Positions 1 to 13,324 of a stretch of DNA of 64,000 bases are shown piece after piece. Origin of the DNA: Blasia pusilla (Eukaryota); the NCBI GenBank assembly GCA_050084515.1, contig CM114271.1, positions 29,078,001-29,142,000 on the forward strand. The letters run 5' to 3'. Positions within the stretch are counted from its first letter, which is position 1. Every line of letters begins with the position of its first letter. Both the position numbers and the translations under genes were made by a program. A model generated the notes under the pieces. It did no database searches and was not told the DNA's origin. It saw only the letters and a list, made by a program, of their open reading frames with translations.

Positions 1-254
1 GAAGTTTGATCGCAGAGGGTTGAGCAGAGAATGAGTTCTGAGCGGAATTACGAGCCACATGGACGAGCGCAGACGGAGTGATGGAGGAGGGTGAGAGGGA
101 GGAACCAGGAGAGAGAAACACAGAGGAAGAGGAGGAGGAAGAAGAGGAAGAAGAAGGAGAACTAGGAGTACAGGGACAGGGGAACGATTTTAAGGAATCA
201 GGAGAGAACGAGTATTGTGAAGGACGCTAGATAGCTGGATATCACTCAGGGACA

Positions 255-473
255 ATGGCGGAGGGAGTGGGATACACTCCGGGGCAACAGACAGTTGAGT
301 TTTCTGTGTTAGTGAAGAAGGCTGCGGAAGACTCTTATTCAACTCTGAAGGAGCTGTGCGGAATAGCCCCAGAGCAGTCAGATTCTGAAAGAAAACTAAG
401 CCTTCTGAAATACATTCTACGGACTCGCCAACGAATGCTTCGCTTGCTGGTTCTCTCGAAATGGTGTCGACAG
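255..473 (+). CDS. MED14: MED14 exon 1
   Basis: ATG at 255; ends KWCRQ then GT at 474, phase 0. Confidence 0.92.
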
Positions 474-475
474 GT

Positions 476-517
<42 letters not shown>

Positions 518-3500
518 GGTCGCAAGGCTACGACAGGCACTACCTAATGAGTACAGTCTCTCTCTCGCTCTCTTCTGAGAGTCGCAAGTCATGACGTAAT
601 CAGTAGACTCTATGGCAAACAGCACCGTCCGTCTAGGGCTCGGGTTCCATGGACGCAAGGCTTGGACCGACATCACTAAATGATACAATCTCTCTGGGAA
701 TGTTTTTAAATCGTAAATTGGGTCCTCGTGGACGATAGATAACTTATGCTTGACGTAAAGTCAAACCTTCGTCTGCTGACTGTATGCTGAACCAACAGGC
801 CCGAAGGGTATTTGCGTAGGATTCCTTCTTTTTGAACACCTGGGTTGGCTCCCTGCGCCCAAGACGTGCTCTTTTAATTCAAACTTTCTGTGTCCTAATT
901 GCAAGAGAACTTACTGAAGAATGGCAAAGTTTGTAATTGCATTGGTTGTCGTCCACACTCAACGATCTACATACTTTTAATCCGTACCTTTCACTTATGC
1001 TACTTCGCATCTGCTGCTACACTCTACCAGAGTCTTCTCTCCTTTGTGAGACAGACTCCAACCAGTGACCAGCCAGGTTTAAGAATTGGGTGAATAGGTG
1101 AATGCAACTCCATGTACTGATCTTCTCTTCATTTTTCTCATTTTTGCCTCTTGCCATACAAATATTTTTCCCTTTTGTCATGATGTGTTCCGCCAAGGTT
1201 GTCACTTTGCCACCTACCTTAGGTGCCCGTTTCCACATCTATCCACTGTACTTACTTTGTGCCAGCCAACAACCAACTCGAGTTTTCTAATTGCCTCTAG
1301 AGCAGTGGGATAAGCCTAAAGTACCAATAGCCTTTGCAATTCCCTATACCCAATGGTTGGGACTAGACGAAGTCACTGTCATGTCCTGGTAATCAGACAT
1401 AGCCAGCTTGGTTGTTGGTTACAGTCTCTGGAAAAGGTGCAAGTCAGTGTGTTGACCATGCAGCATGTACTGTCAGACTTTTCAAATTTCTTCATGGCAC
1501 ATGTGTGATCTCCTTACCCTTGTCAATTCGTTCTAGCCAGGGGATCGGGATATCTGGTACATGCCACACAGGTTATCTAATCCAACCAACCATCTTGTAT
1601 GTTTTGTTATCATTATGGATATCTGTTGCTGCTTGTGTACAGAGTAATACTGCCCGCCCACTTCTTTCAATCTGTGAAACAGTCTTGTGTAGATTTTGTA
1701 AGATGAGCAGACCTCTCATATTCTTCTAAAACTTGACAGTAGGAGGTCAGTTGGTGGCATAGTCTTGTAATTCGTATCTAGTTTCTTCCATAGGGACACG
1801 TTGACCTTACTGGGAAGTCTTGTGTCTTTTTGTGTGCAGATTCCTTTGGTTGAGCGATGCCAACAGTTGGCAGGGACAGTATCCAACCATGACACAAGTT
1901 TTACTCAGGCAGCTGATTTCCTCTTTTTCCTACATGAGGGTTTGCAACAAGCCCGGGCTCCTATCTATGATATCCCTACTGCAGCAGAGGTGCTTCTTAC
2001 AGGTGAGTACTGCAGGCTGCCAAAATGTATAGAAGACCTGGGAATGCAGCCAATGCTAAGAGGAGAGGAGCGAGAAGAAACTTTACTCAGACTTGATACA
2101 ATGCTTCGGTCTCGACTCCTTGATATCTCTCTACCCAAAGAGCTTTCAGATATCACTGTATCAGATGGAAGGATTATTTTGCAGGTCGATGGGGAATTCA
2201 AAGTGCAACTCACACTAGGATACCGTGGTAACCTGTCGCTATGGAGAATACTCCATCTAGAGCTGTTGGTTGGTGAGAGCACAGGTTCTACTAAGCTCAC
2301 AGACCATCAGCGGTTGGGTCTTGGGGATGACCTGGAGCGCCGAATGGCTGCTTCAGATGACCCATTCAGGATCCTATACTCAATTTTACATGACTTTTGT
2401 ACCACTTTGGTCATGGATACACTCTTCAGGCAAACTGGAATGCTACGCCAAGGTAGGTGGAAGGATGCAATTCGATTTGAAAAAATCTCGGATGTCCCAA
2501 ATGCTAGTCAAGGAATGGGTATTGGGCAGGTTGCAGGCCCAGTATCTGGACCTCCAGGAGAAAACGATTTGGACGTGAAGCCTGGTTCCAAGTTACGAGG
2601 TTCACCAGGGCTCAGGATGTGGTACTGGTTGGACTGTCCAAAGGGAATTTCAGGTGTAGATCCGAATGCTCCTCCACACCTCAGAATTGAACCAGGTCCA
2701 GACCAGCACATTGTGTGTTCACACCAGCCTTCTGTTATTGATCCAACCACGGATAATGAGGCTGAGTTTGCTATCGATAAAAGCTGTATTGATGTGGAGA
2801 GACTGCTACTAAGGGCCATAGCATGTAATATACATTCCCGGCTTTTGGAAGTTCAAAGAGGCTTGAAAGGCAGCAGTCAGTTGTGGAGAGTTGACTCTGA
2901 TGTTGTTTTGAGGTCTTCGTTCCCGGAAGATGGAGATGAAAGGGCAGTTCAGGAGCTGACAAGGTTAGAGCCTAACGTTTTTTCTGTTGTTGCCTTGTCT
3001 CTTCCATGGCTTTACCAAAGAGAATTGCTTAAGCTTTTAGATGTAATTGTAACAACTGCATTTGTAAGTCATTAGCTAGAGTCCGTACGAGTGTGTGACT
3101 GAGTTTGTTTCAGCTGAACAGACTTTGGTCGGTTGTTTGATGCTTGGTAATGGTATAGTTAAAGCATGCAAGCAAATTTTAGGATTTGTTTCTTGATGGC
3201 TGCTCACGTATGCAGAGTTCACTCAAAATGAAGTTGAAGAGACAGTGGTATAGTTTTTGAGTTTGCTGCTAGGTAGTATAGGTCGATAATCCATATACTC
3301 CTTAATTCATAGGGTGCCCTGGTGACGTTTTTACTATCAGTGCTTTCTGGTACTGCTGGCCTCCAGGCAGAAGCAAATAAATCTCTGTGAAAGAGTTTGT
3401 TTGGAGATTGACAACTTTACTGGTTTGTCTGCAGGTCAATAATTCTGGGCCTGCAGGGGAAGCAGGAGAGGAAGTTCTGTGTGTCCGGGCATATGGGGCC

Positions 3501-6500
3501 TCGTTTATGGCACTTGGCATTAGCATAAGGTCTGTGTGTGTGTGTGTGTGCAATTTCTTACTTTAGCTGGTTTGATGCAAGGCTTTTATATGACATTCTG
3601 GGTTTTGCTAGATTAGCAACCATGAATGATGTGTAGCACCTAATCACGGTGAACTCAAGGAATTGTATGTTTGCCATGTCTTTGAGCAGAAATGGGCGTT
3701 TTCTCCTTCGATCACCGAGCACATTGCTTGCCAACTCGGTGCTTGCAGAAATGGAAGATGCTTTGAATCAAGGATCTATTGTTCCAGTCGATGTATTTCT
3801 CAACCTGAGGAGTAGGAGCCTACTTCATGTATTTGCATCACTGGGAACCTCTTTCAACTTGAAGGTAATTCAAAATAGATCTCCACAAGCATGGTTGTGT
3901 CTTTGTATTCTTTCCAAATTCTCATAAACGTATCAGTGCTTGATCGAGCCATTTATTAGATCAAGTTTACATATTTCTGCATTAATCTGACTCTTTGTGT
4001 AGTAGTTATTGAGGAGGAGTGCTTCTGGTGTTCTGAAATGGTCAGGTTTGAGCCAAACAAAAGAGTTCTGATGGTGTACCTTCAAAACTTTCAAAATATT
4101 GGATCCAATCTGTATAGCACTGTTGATGTTGCAAATTCATCTGAAGATCTAATGGCCGCATAAATCTGCCTAGCAGAGCAGTTGCAAGTTTGAAATTCAT
4201 TTGTCTAAAATAATTCTTAACCAAATTTCTCATGATGTAGTTCTTGCGTTCCTCTTGTGTGATGTATCAGATTTATGGAAAAGGTGCCTTAGCACTAAAA
4301 TTTCCTGCTGATGGGCCAAAGCTTGGTGCTGACATGTTAGTCATGGGGTTTCCCAACTGTGGTGAGGTGTACTTTCTTTCTCTACACCTCGATTCAAACT
4401 TCATGCCTTACTTTATGTTGTTGGAAGCTCAACCTCGACGGCTTTCTGGGCGCTCTACTCTTCTATCTGGTCCAATCAACATAATTCGGTGCATGAAGAT
4501 CAACATTGACACAATGCTCGTGACAGAGGATGATGCTAGCTTCAGTCTTTTGGACGAAGGTCGTCTGGAGGTAGAGCGGCAATTTATTGCAGGATTGAAT
4601 GCTCCCAAGAGACTCATAGGAAAGGAATTGCTAGAACATGTCAGCAAAAAGGGAGAAGGTTCTATTCAAGATTCCCGAGGTTTTGGAAGAAGTGTTGCAG
4701 GTGCACCTGGACTGGAAGTCTCACAGGCGGATCTGAGTGCTGGGGCTGAAAAATTTTACCGAGGTTCTCCTGCTGCACACTTATCTCGAACAAATAATCC
4801 TTTGTCTCCTTCTTTTTCTCCAGTCCCGTCTCCATCAGGCCTTCAGAGCATGACATTAACAGGTCCACAATATGGAGGATCCAATCCAGGTAATCAAGGT
4901 CCAAATGGTGGATTTTCCCCAGGCAACTCTGCGCTAATTAATAACTCTCTCCTTCAGTCCAATCACAGAGTAGGTCGGATTGGAAACGGTGTCATGGCTA
5001 GCCCTGCAAGGAGTCCACTCCACAGGGGGGTGGCTGGCTTAAAATCTCCATATCAGGGAGATCAAGATATGTTGCAGTCTAAGTCTCCTTTACATGCAGG
5101 GGAGACTGCTTCGTCACCTATTGATTTGGATGATGATGGTATATCGAAACTCATCGACGCAATATCCTCAAAGACCCCTGGTGTGCACTGTGGAGGGTCC
5201 CAAACAGGTGATTCAGGAGCTCTCATTTCCCGACAACCTCGAGTTGGTTTGACCCGTTCTGTTCCTTTGGTTAAGAGTCCAGCAATGAATTCAAGGACAC
5301 CTCAGACTAAACCCTCATCCCTCCAAACGTTTACATCAGGGAGAGTTACTGGGCAATCAGCCACTTCACTAGCCCGAATGGGTTCGCCGCGAAAACACCT
5401 TGGCTCTCAGACAGGTTCAGAATTAACCACAGAATGGATGGAACTTGATGCATCTTCTCAAGCTCTACAGTCTCCTTCCATGGCATTAACCTCACCATCG
5501 ATCCGGCCATTTAGTGGAAGTGCACAAGAGCAAGGCTATACTGCTCGTGGTACATTTCCCTCTGACAGATGGGGTGCAGATTCCCTAAAGCGCAAGAGGT
5601 ATGGCCCAGAACTTCTCTTTTCGCTGCCTTCAATTCAAGGAGTGGCCGCAAGTCCAGAGAAGTTGAAGAGAAGGAAAATAGAGCATGAGAGCACCCACTT
5701 TCATGCTGGTCCATCTGTCACTGAAGTTGAGTCTGTCAGAACCTTGCCTGTACTGGACTCCTTTGTTGGTCAGCCTTATTCCAGTATTGTTGGAGCAGCA
5801 AATCAAGGGAAGGCACCAATGGGTTCTTATACAGCTGTCCTTCTACAAGTCGTAAGAAGATGTTGGTTATGTATTAAGCATGCCCGGCTTACACGTCAGA
5901 TGGATGCACTTGGTATACCTTATGTTGAGGAAGTTGGTCTGCGGAAGCCCTCATCTAACCTGCGTTTTCGATTGCCCTCGAGAGAAGCCAATAGGGATTC
6001 AAAGAAGTATAATTCTGCTGGCTGGCAGCAGATCTGCTTGTGCCTGGGGAAACCTGGTAGTGATGGCTGGGAAGTTGAAGTCCAAGACACTCATTTCAAA
6101 GGATTGTGGGAGCTTCAAAAGCAAAAGTCTATAACGAGTTGGGGCCCCAATGTACAATTTGCATCACTACCAGAGGAAGACTCTCATATAAGTTGTACAC
6201 AGAAAGGCTTAGTCCTAAGCTTTTCTACTGTAGAGGATGATAGTGTGAAGAATCTAGTGGCAGACTTGGAGCGTTTATGGAGTACTCGGATGTTTTCTGT
6301 TGGCATCAGGAAACTTTTGGAGGAGAGAGTTGATGAGAAGTTGGAAGTGGTAGCAGACAGGGGAGAGGTTGAGCTAGAGCGAGGACTGAAAAGTCAAGTG
6401 AGAGGTAGATTTTTTATCAGTGAAAGGAGTGAAGGAGGGGAGAAAAAGTGGGAGGTTATGAGACGGGCATTCAGGGTTGAAGCAGTCGGCCTTACCAGTA

Positions 6501-9500
6501 CATGGTTTACATATGTGGGACCTTTACAAGGTGTCATGGCACGGTTTGTGGTAGAGTGGGAATCTGGCCAGAAGGGTTGTACAATACATGTTTCTCCTGA
6601 TCAGCTTTGGCCTCACACTAAGGTTTGTAAAGGCCCCCTATGTTTGCTTGTACATCTATGGGATCTTGTATATTTGTGAGAACTGATAAGACAGTGGTTT
6701 TTTGTAAGTGGTAACTGTTTTGGTGGCTTTTATATGTTCTTGTATCTACGCAATTCCATTTCTTAAGAGACATAAGCTAATGGGGTTCTTTTAAGTATGG
6801 GAATATTGTTAGACTTTCTTGTTAGCAATGATTGGGAAAATTTATTTTGTGATTTTCCGCCTAAAAAAAAAGTCTGTTTTGGATGCCAATTGTGATTGGA
6901 GGCTGAGATTGGATATGCATGAATTTGGCAGAATTTAAGGAAAATGAGAGAGTATGCTGGTTGGGATAAAACTTAATGATAAGGCATAAGGATATGAGAC
7001 CATCATACCGAAAAATCAGTCCTCTGATTACATCTTGCAGCTGCATATGCCTTGCCCTTCTCTTACTAAAGGCGATCCTGTTCAGGCCTTTTCTGAACTA
7101 CTCCTCTGAATAATGAGAATGTGATGCTGTGCAGTACCTTGAAGATTATATCAATGGAGGAGAGATGGAGCTTCTATTAGATTCAATACGAGTCACAGTT
7201 GGACCTTTGCAGGCACTTGCAGCCGCAATCAGGCCAGCACGGATTTTGGTGGGTGCAAATAATGTTACAGCTAATGTTCCTTCGCAAGGTTCAATGCCTG
7301 TGGGTCTTGCCTCAAAGCCTGCTGCTGTTGGCCTTCTACTTAACCAGGTGTCATCTCCAATGAGTAGTTCAAATTCAGCTTCAGCCACTGTTCAGGGTAG
7401 ACTATCCAATGGGTCGACATCAGTTCTTGGTGTGGGGAGTCCGGGGTCTACAGTTCCTACTGGTCAAGCTGGTGGCTTTTCCCTTAATTCTGGAAGAGCA
7501 GTGTCAACGGGAATGGTACCAGCCTCACTTCTTCCGACAGATGTCTCAGTTCTACTTAGGACACCCTACTGGATTCGCATTGTTTATCGTAGACAATTTG
7601 CCATGGACATGCGGTGCTTTGCCGGGGATCAGGTGTGGTTGCAGCCAGCTCCACCTCCTCGAAGTGGGAGTCCTGGATCAGGAGGTTCACTGCCATGTCC
7701 TCAATTTCGCCCTCTTATTATGGAGCATGTGTCATTGGGTCTTTCAAGTGCTGAATCTGTAGCTGGAGGAGTTCCTCCTGGGTTGGTATCTGGAAGTGGA
7801 TCCAGTCAGGGTGGATTTGGTGCAGGCATAGGAAATTGGGGTACTGGAATTAGTTCTACTGCAGCCACAATTCGTGGGAATACTGGGGCCTTGGCTGGTA
7901 CTCGCATGGGCAACAACACCATGGTTATGGCCAATCGAGCTGGTAATATTGCTGGAGGACCTCAAAGCAGTGCAGTCATGGCAGTGAATTCTGGACAGAG
8001 CTCGAGTACTGGAGCCAACATTGGTAGTAGAGGTGAATATACGGCAATATTGGGTCTAGGAGACGATGGTGGGTTTGGAGGTGCTTGGGTTCCCCTTGCA
8101 GCTCTTAAGAAGGTTCTACGTGGTACGCTTCGCTATCTGGGAGTTTTATGGTTGTTTGCACAGTTCCCAAGTATACTAAGGGAAGTTCTGGGCTCGATAT
8201 TGAAAGAAAATGAGGGAGCTCTGCTTAGCCATGATCCCGAACAGCCTGCTCTTCGATTTTATATAGGGTATGTACTCATTCTTTCGTGTTTTGGTCTTTT
8301 CATGTTTGTTGAAGTCGCCTATCTGCTTTAATTTCTGTTTTGCAGCATTTAGTCCCAACTGGTTGTACTTGGTATAATGCGCTTTCCTTAATCTTCAATC
8401 CTTGGAGTTCAATGTGGAGTCTCTTTCTATCGGATTTGGGCAGATGTCGAATCACTTGGTTACCAGATGCAGAACTTTGTTAATAATTTCATGCTTGAGG
8501 TGGCCTCTCAATTTGTCTCTGTATGTGGTTTCAGTCTGCTTCAGGGAATGTTAATTAAATTGTGGGTGTGAATACTTACCAGTAGGAGACAGTGTATTTG
8601 GACATGATTTCAATGCCTTTACCCACAAGGAACTTGTTTAGGCTAAATAGCCTTCTGTGAGACTATATGGCTAGTGAGGAGACCGAGCTTTGACTTCTTA
8701 GCCACCATACAACTTGTCATGCTATCTTTAGCAAGTCCTAGTGCTGAAGAAAGAAAATATTGTTGAAGCCTTTTACTGCTCTCTGAGGGTGTCATCTAAT
8801 CTAGTTGCAATTGTTGTAAGGCTTTGACTGATTTTGACAACGTTCAAGCCAAAGGGCATAATTCAACTGGTTGGGGTCCCTAGTTCGCAAGTTTTAGGGG
8901 CCTGTCAAAAGTTCTCGGGTCATGACTGCTGAGGTGCAATTCACCTTGCATCCTGTGAGTTTGGATGGTCATCTTGAGGTCATTTCTCGTTGTTTTCCAA
9001 AGAGGGTGGTTGTTAAGATCTAGATGTTGCAAGTTTCAATGATTGAAGTCTGCACTACGGACGTGATGGTTCTTTGGTCCTTTTTAGTTCTGTTTTTGAC
9101 TGGGCTCCTTAGTTCCATGCTTTATGAGGATCTAATGTTGAAAATATCATGGACTGATACTTCCTTCACTCAAAATTTTCAGGGCTGATTGGATCATGCA
9201 TTTGTCTTTTGTAACCTAGTTGCTCAGGGTCCATTGGATTTCTTTGGTCTTTTCTTAACTTTATTCCGAAGTCTAAAGTATGTGTTCCTGATTCGTATAT
9301 TTATATGATGTGAGTTTCGAGTACATGTGTTTTGTCTGGGTCAGAAACTCCTTTAGAGTAGCCATGAAAATCCACATCGGCGTTTTGGTTTGCTGAAAGT
9401 GTGGAGGATGCTCAGAAACTGCAGGATATTGTGGAAACAGAGCTTAAGTAGTGACCCTTAAGTAGTGAGAGAAACCCAGAAGGTTAGGAGTGGTTCAATA

Positions 9501-10957
9501 CTTTGTGGGGATCAAAGGAGAAAACTGATGGAATGGGTGGGTATAGTATTGCATATTTGTGGATGTGCATGGTCCATTAGGTGGCTTCCTGTCATTTGTA
9601 TGTGTGGTTGCTGCACTGTCACTGAGAAGTTGGTTGCAAGCTGTATACTAATAATGATGCGATTTTGCTTCGTACTTTGAGGTTTGCGGTTTCTGTGAAG
9701 GCATGATTTTTACAGTTGTGTAATTCAGCAATGCTGCTGTCTCTGCTACAAGATGGTGATCTTGCCCAGAAGTCATTCCGGAATCCATTACAAGGAAGTC
9801 TTAAAGACAGTCTTCATGGCTTTAGGCTCTCTTGCTGTAGAAATATGTGCATGTACATTTTCGATGTGTCGTATGTGGCCTCTTATAAACAATCTGGAGA
9901 TTGCAGACTTGCTCATGACCTGGAAATAAATGTCAGCCCTATGTTATCCTTCCATTTTGTCTTGAAGACAACAGCTTTTTGTTATGGTCTCCTATGGTAG
10001 TATGTGTAAATGATCCTGATTAATTATCACAAGATACCAACCCATTGCCATTGGATTTGCAGGAACTGTGTGTTTGCTGTGACCATGCATCGGCAGCAAC
10101 TCCTTTTGCAGGCCATCAATGTCAAGAAGTTACAACAGCAGCACTTGCAGCAAGGGCAGGCCCATGGGCCTGACTCGGAGCTTAGCAGTGCTGAGATGCC
10201 TGGAATCAGCGACTTTTTTGGACGAAGGGTGGCATCGGAACCATATGATGCTTCTCGATTGGCGTCATTTGTCACAATGTTGACCCTTCCAGTACCAGTT
10301 CTTCGTGAATTTCTGAAACTTATTGCATGGGAGAAGGAGCTACAGAAAGCAGGTCCAATTCAAGTTCAAGGTGGAGATGGTACCCAGACACCTCGCCCAA
10401 AGATTGAACTTTGTCTTGAGAATAGAGTAGGGTCAGGAATCTGTACAGGTGGGCAAGAAGATCCAGGAATTCAAAGTGGAGGAGTAGCCAAGAGTAGCAT
10501 TCGACACTTCCGCCCTCAAAACATAGTTGAGTTCACTCTTACCTTGTATCTAGAACCTGTCCACTTACCCCCTATAAATGTTGCTGGAGGCGCCGGGTGG
10601 TTGCCTCAATGTGTTGCGGTTAGATTGAGGTATCAGTACAGTGAACCCTCGAGAGTGTCAGTTCTGACTGTGGAGGGTAGTCATGGTGGCCGAGCTTGCT
10701 GGGTGAGGGAGGAAGAATGGGAGCGCAGCAAAGCATCTATTATTAATGCAGTAGATCACATTGGCTTGAGTGGTGGGAGTGATCAAGGAGGCGGCAGACT
10801 ACAACCAATTGCTGATCTAGTGCAGAGGACTGTGCAGCAGGCCGTGCACAATCTTCGGAAAGGTGTTATTAATGCTGCTTCTCCTTTGACTGGTTCAATA
10901 CCTGGTGCATTTCCATCTCATGACCAGTGCATTTCCATGCCAGCCTTAATTGACTAA
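255..10957 (+). CDS. MED14: Mediator of RNA polymerase II transcription subunit 14 (STRUWWELPETER-like), 7 coding exons
   Basis: N-terminal Med14 domain (GQQTVEFSVLV...ERKLSLLKYILRTRQRMLRLLVLSKWCRQ/IPLV...LHEGLQQARAPIYDIPTAAEVLLTG) and plant MED14 C-terminal motifs (CWLCIKHARLTRQMDALGIPYVEEVG, QLWPHTK/YLEDYINGGE, YWIRIVYRRQFAMDMRCFAGDQVWLQP, EPYDASRLASFVTMLTLP, GSHGGRACW). Inferred GT-AG exons: 255-473, 1840-~3063 (donor uncertain), 3435-3529, 3690-3864, 4271-6622, 7135-8267, 10063-10957. Confidence 0.96.
480..515. repeat. (CT)n microsatellite at start of MED14 intron 1
   Basis: Pure CT run directly visible. Confidence 0.95.
1840..3063 (+). CDS. MED14: MED14 exon 2 (3' boundary uncertain, 2963 or 3063)
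   Basis: Acceptor TGCAG ending 1839, reads IPLVERCQQL; phase-0 GTAAGT at 3064 fits the next exon, AG/GTTAGA at 2964 is phase 2. Confidence 0.8.
3435..3529 (+). CDS. MED14: MED14 exon 3
   Basis: Encodes EEVLCVRAYGASFMALGISIR, matching plant MED14 EVLxVRAYGxSF; AG/GT bounded. Confidence 0.85.
3690..3864 (+). CDS. MED14: MED14 exon 4
   Basis: RNGRFLL...EMEDALNQGS...FNLK then GTAATT; phase consistent with exon 3. Confidence 0.9.
4271..6622 (+). CDS. MED14: MED14 exon 5
   Basis: Long open frame from IYGKGAL to LWPHTK, CAG acceptor and GT donor. Confidence 0.92.
7135..8267 (+). CDS. MED14: MED14 exon 6
   Basis: YLEDYINGGE...QPALRFYIG then GTATGT. Confidence 0.92.
10063..10957 (+). CDS. MED14: MED14 exon 7 (terminal)
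   Basis: TGCAG acceptor, GNCVFAVTMHRQQLLLQ, stop TAA ending 10957. Confidence 0.92.
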
Positions 10958-12399
10958 CTTTGTATTGTAAAGAGTCGCGCGAGAAGGAAACATCTTTCTT
11001 GACCAGGAACAGACCTTTTTGCCCATCTCTATCTTTTAGAGTTTCCAAACGAGGTAGATTTTACAGGGGCTACTAAATTGGCAACCAGGACTGTGGTCCT
11101 CAAGTGAGTCCCCTGGAGGGGAATCTGGGAGTTACTATCTCGCCAGGTTTACCTCACAAATTCAATCAATTTTGCTGGCGTATACTGCTGAAACCGCAGT
11201 AGCCTCTCTGTGAGCTTAGGTATGCATTGAAGACATAGAAGCCTTATCATTGATTTGTATCCTTTTCTTAGAAAATGGCGTAGACCACATCATCTGTGTA
11301 GGGCTGTTGTATCAAAAGCTCTTTGTCAATAGGGCCGAAGTAGATTTTCTTTCTTAGAGTTGTATAGGAAGAAATTGCCCTGAAAGCAATATATATTTTT
11401 TAATCCTACTGAAATCGACTCAGCTCCGGAGGATGAACTGGAACACTCGGGTGTGGACCTCTGGACTATTCTTTCATGGTACTATGTATGATCCGGTATC
11501 ATCATTCACTGTGGGATGTGTCGAAGGTTTCTTCAAGAAGGATTATGGTTTTGGTTAGTTGGTGATGTATTTGAAGAAATGGTACCAGAAAACTCTTACA
11601 TGGAATGCCGCTCATATAAGGCACGTTTCCCAACTTTCTGTTGGTCTCCACACCACTCCTCTCCTGCCCTGAATTTACTCGTATGATACTAAGTTGCATT
11701 GCGATTTTCATTTCCAATTTCTAACCGTTGGATTAGGTGTTTGGTTGCCTTAGAAGAGGGTAGCCATATCAACGTCTACGAGTACTCAGAACACAACACA
11801 GAGTGTAACGTATGACAGAGAAAACGCCGTACAAAAAAAAGTTTTCAACGGGTAACGGATAACTATCCGGCATTTCGATACAATATCCAAATGATAAAGG
11901 CTTTGGGACACTAAACTGTTTCTGCTCCCAAAGGTTTTTGGTGCAGAAATTTCCCTGACCCATAGGGTTACAGTGACGTGCATGGAATGGAATTGGTGCA
12001 GAAATAATCCTGAACCCGTAGAGTCATCGTGGCCTGCTTGGAGTTGGCCCCTTCTTCATTGTCTGTTTCCCTTGAAGACCCGACTAGTTTAATGACTTTG
12101 GGGGTTGGTAGGGGGGGCAAAATCTTTCTTGGATATGGAGGATTTTTGTATATTTTTCGTTCCTACGGTAATTCTGACTGGTCGTCTTCAAGAGATCACA
12201 ACTTGGAAGGTCTTCCAAAATTTCAGAGCCTGTGAATTTTTTTAACTGGCTCTTGAAACAGAATAGTAATCTTTCAAGTATAGAAACAGAATTTCAGAAA
12301 ATAGCTTACAGAAGTATTTTTCTCGATCTAATTGAAATGATGCTAAACCCACATTTGAAAGTTTGTGTTGGGTAAAGATCTTTTAGACATTGGATTCTT

Positions 12400-13288
12400 C
12401 TTCTCACCGAGTGAGTGTTTTTGCCGTGTTATATTTGCTTCACTCGGAATACAAGTCCCATGGAGAGATAGTAGCTATTGCGTAACCTCTAACCATTCCA
12501 CACCCAAATTCGTTAGAAAGCACTATGATTTTTAGCAGCTATGGTGCTCAACTACCCTATATTTGTCACATGTAGATTGTTTTTGTTTGGTGTCCTCGAA
12601 GTATGGATCGGATGTTGCTAACATAACTCAACAGTTCAAAGGATGCTAGATGAGACACGCCTCCAAGAACAAGGGTCCACAAGTGGAATGATTTTCTCCT
12701 TACCCTCCCAAAATTGGGGTTGGTAAAGGAGGTGCTATCGAAAAAGAAAGCGGGACGAATGAATTCCTAGCTAATTTTGGCTTGAAAATGTTTTTTGCTA
12801 AACTTGTGTAACAAAAAGGTTATCAGGTAAACCTTATGCACAAAAACCAAAATTTGGCATCTTCTCCCTTCATAGTTGAAATCATAGTTTCCCTTGAATT
12901 TTGCTTAAATGCCCCTCCTCTTGCTTGAGTAGTTACCACAAGACCATCACCAAGTAGTTTTTATCAACGAAAGCCTTGGATTTCCGTGGTTTTGCGTTAA
13001 AGACCATGTCGTGCCGTGTGTGTACACATCGCTACACAACATACAACGTTGTCACTGAATGCACATACAAACACACACGACCCCACGCTAACTCATGGAA
13101 TTCACATAACGAGACAAAAAATACCAAAATATCTCCAATGAGTCTGAGAGCTCATTCTCTCTTTGTAAATCAAGTGGAACTCACTCACAACAAGGTCTCA
13201 CAAATATGCACACTCCATATCTCTCTCTCTCTCTTTCTTTCTCTTTTCTCTTTCTTTCTTTCTCTTTTCTCTTTTCTCTTTCTTTCTT

Positions 13289-13324
<36 letters not shown>

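Noticed and set aside
190-688. Minus-strand ORFs with RERERE runs
   Set aside because: Translation of the (CT)n microsatellite antisense to MED14
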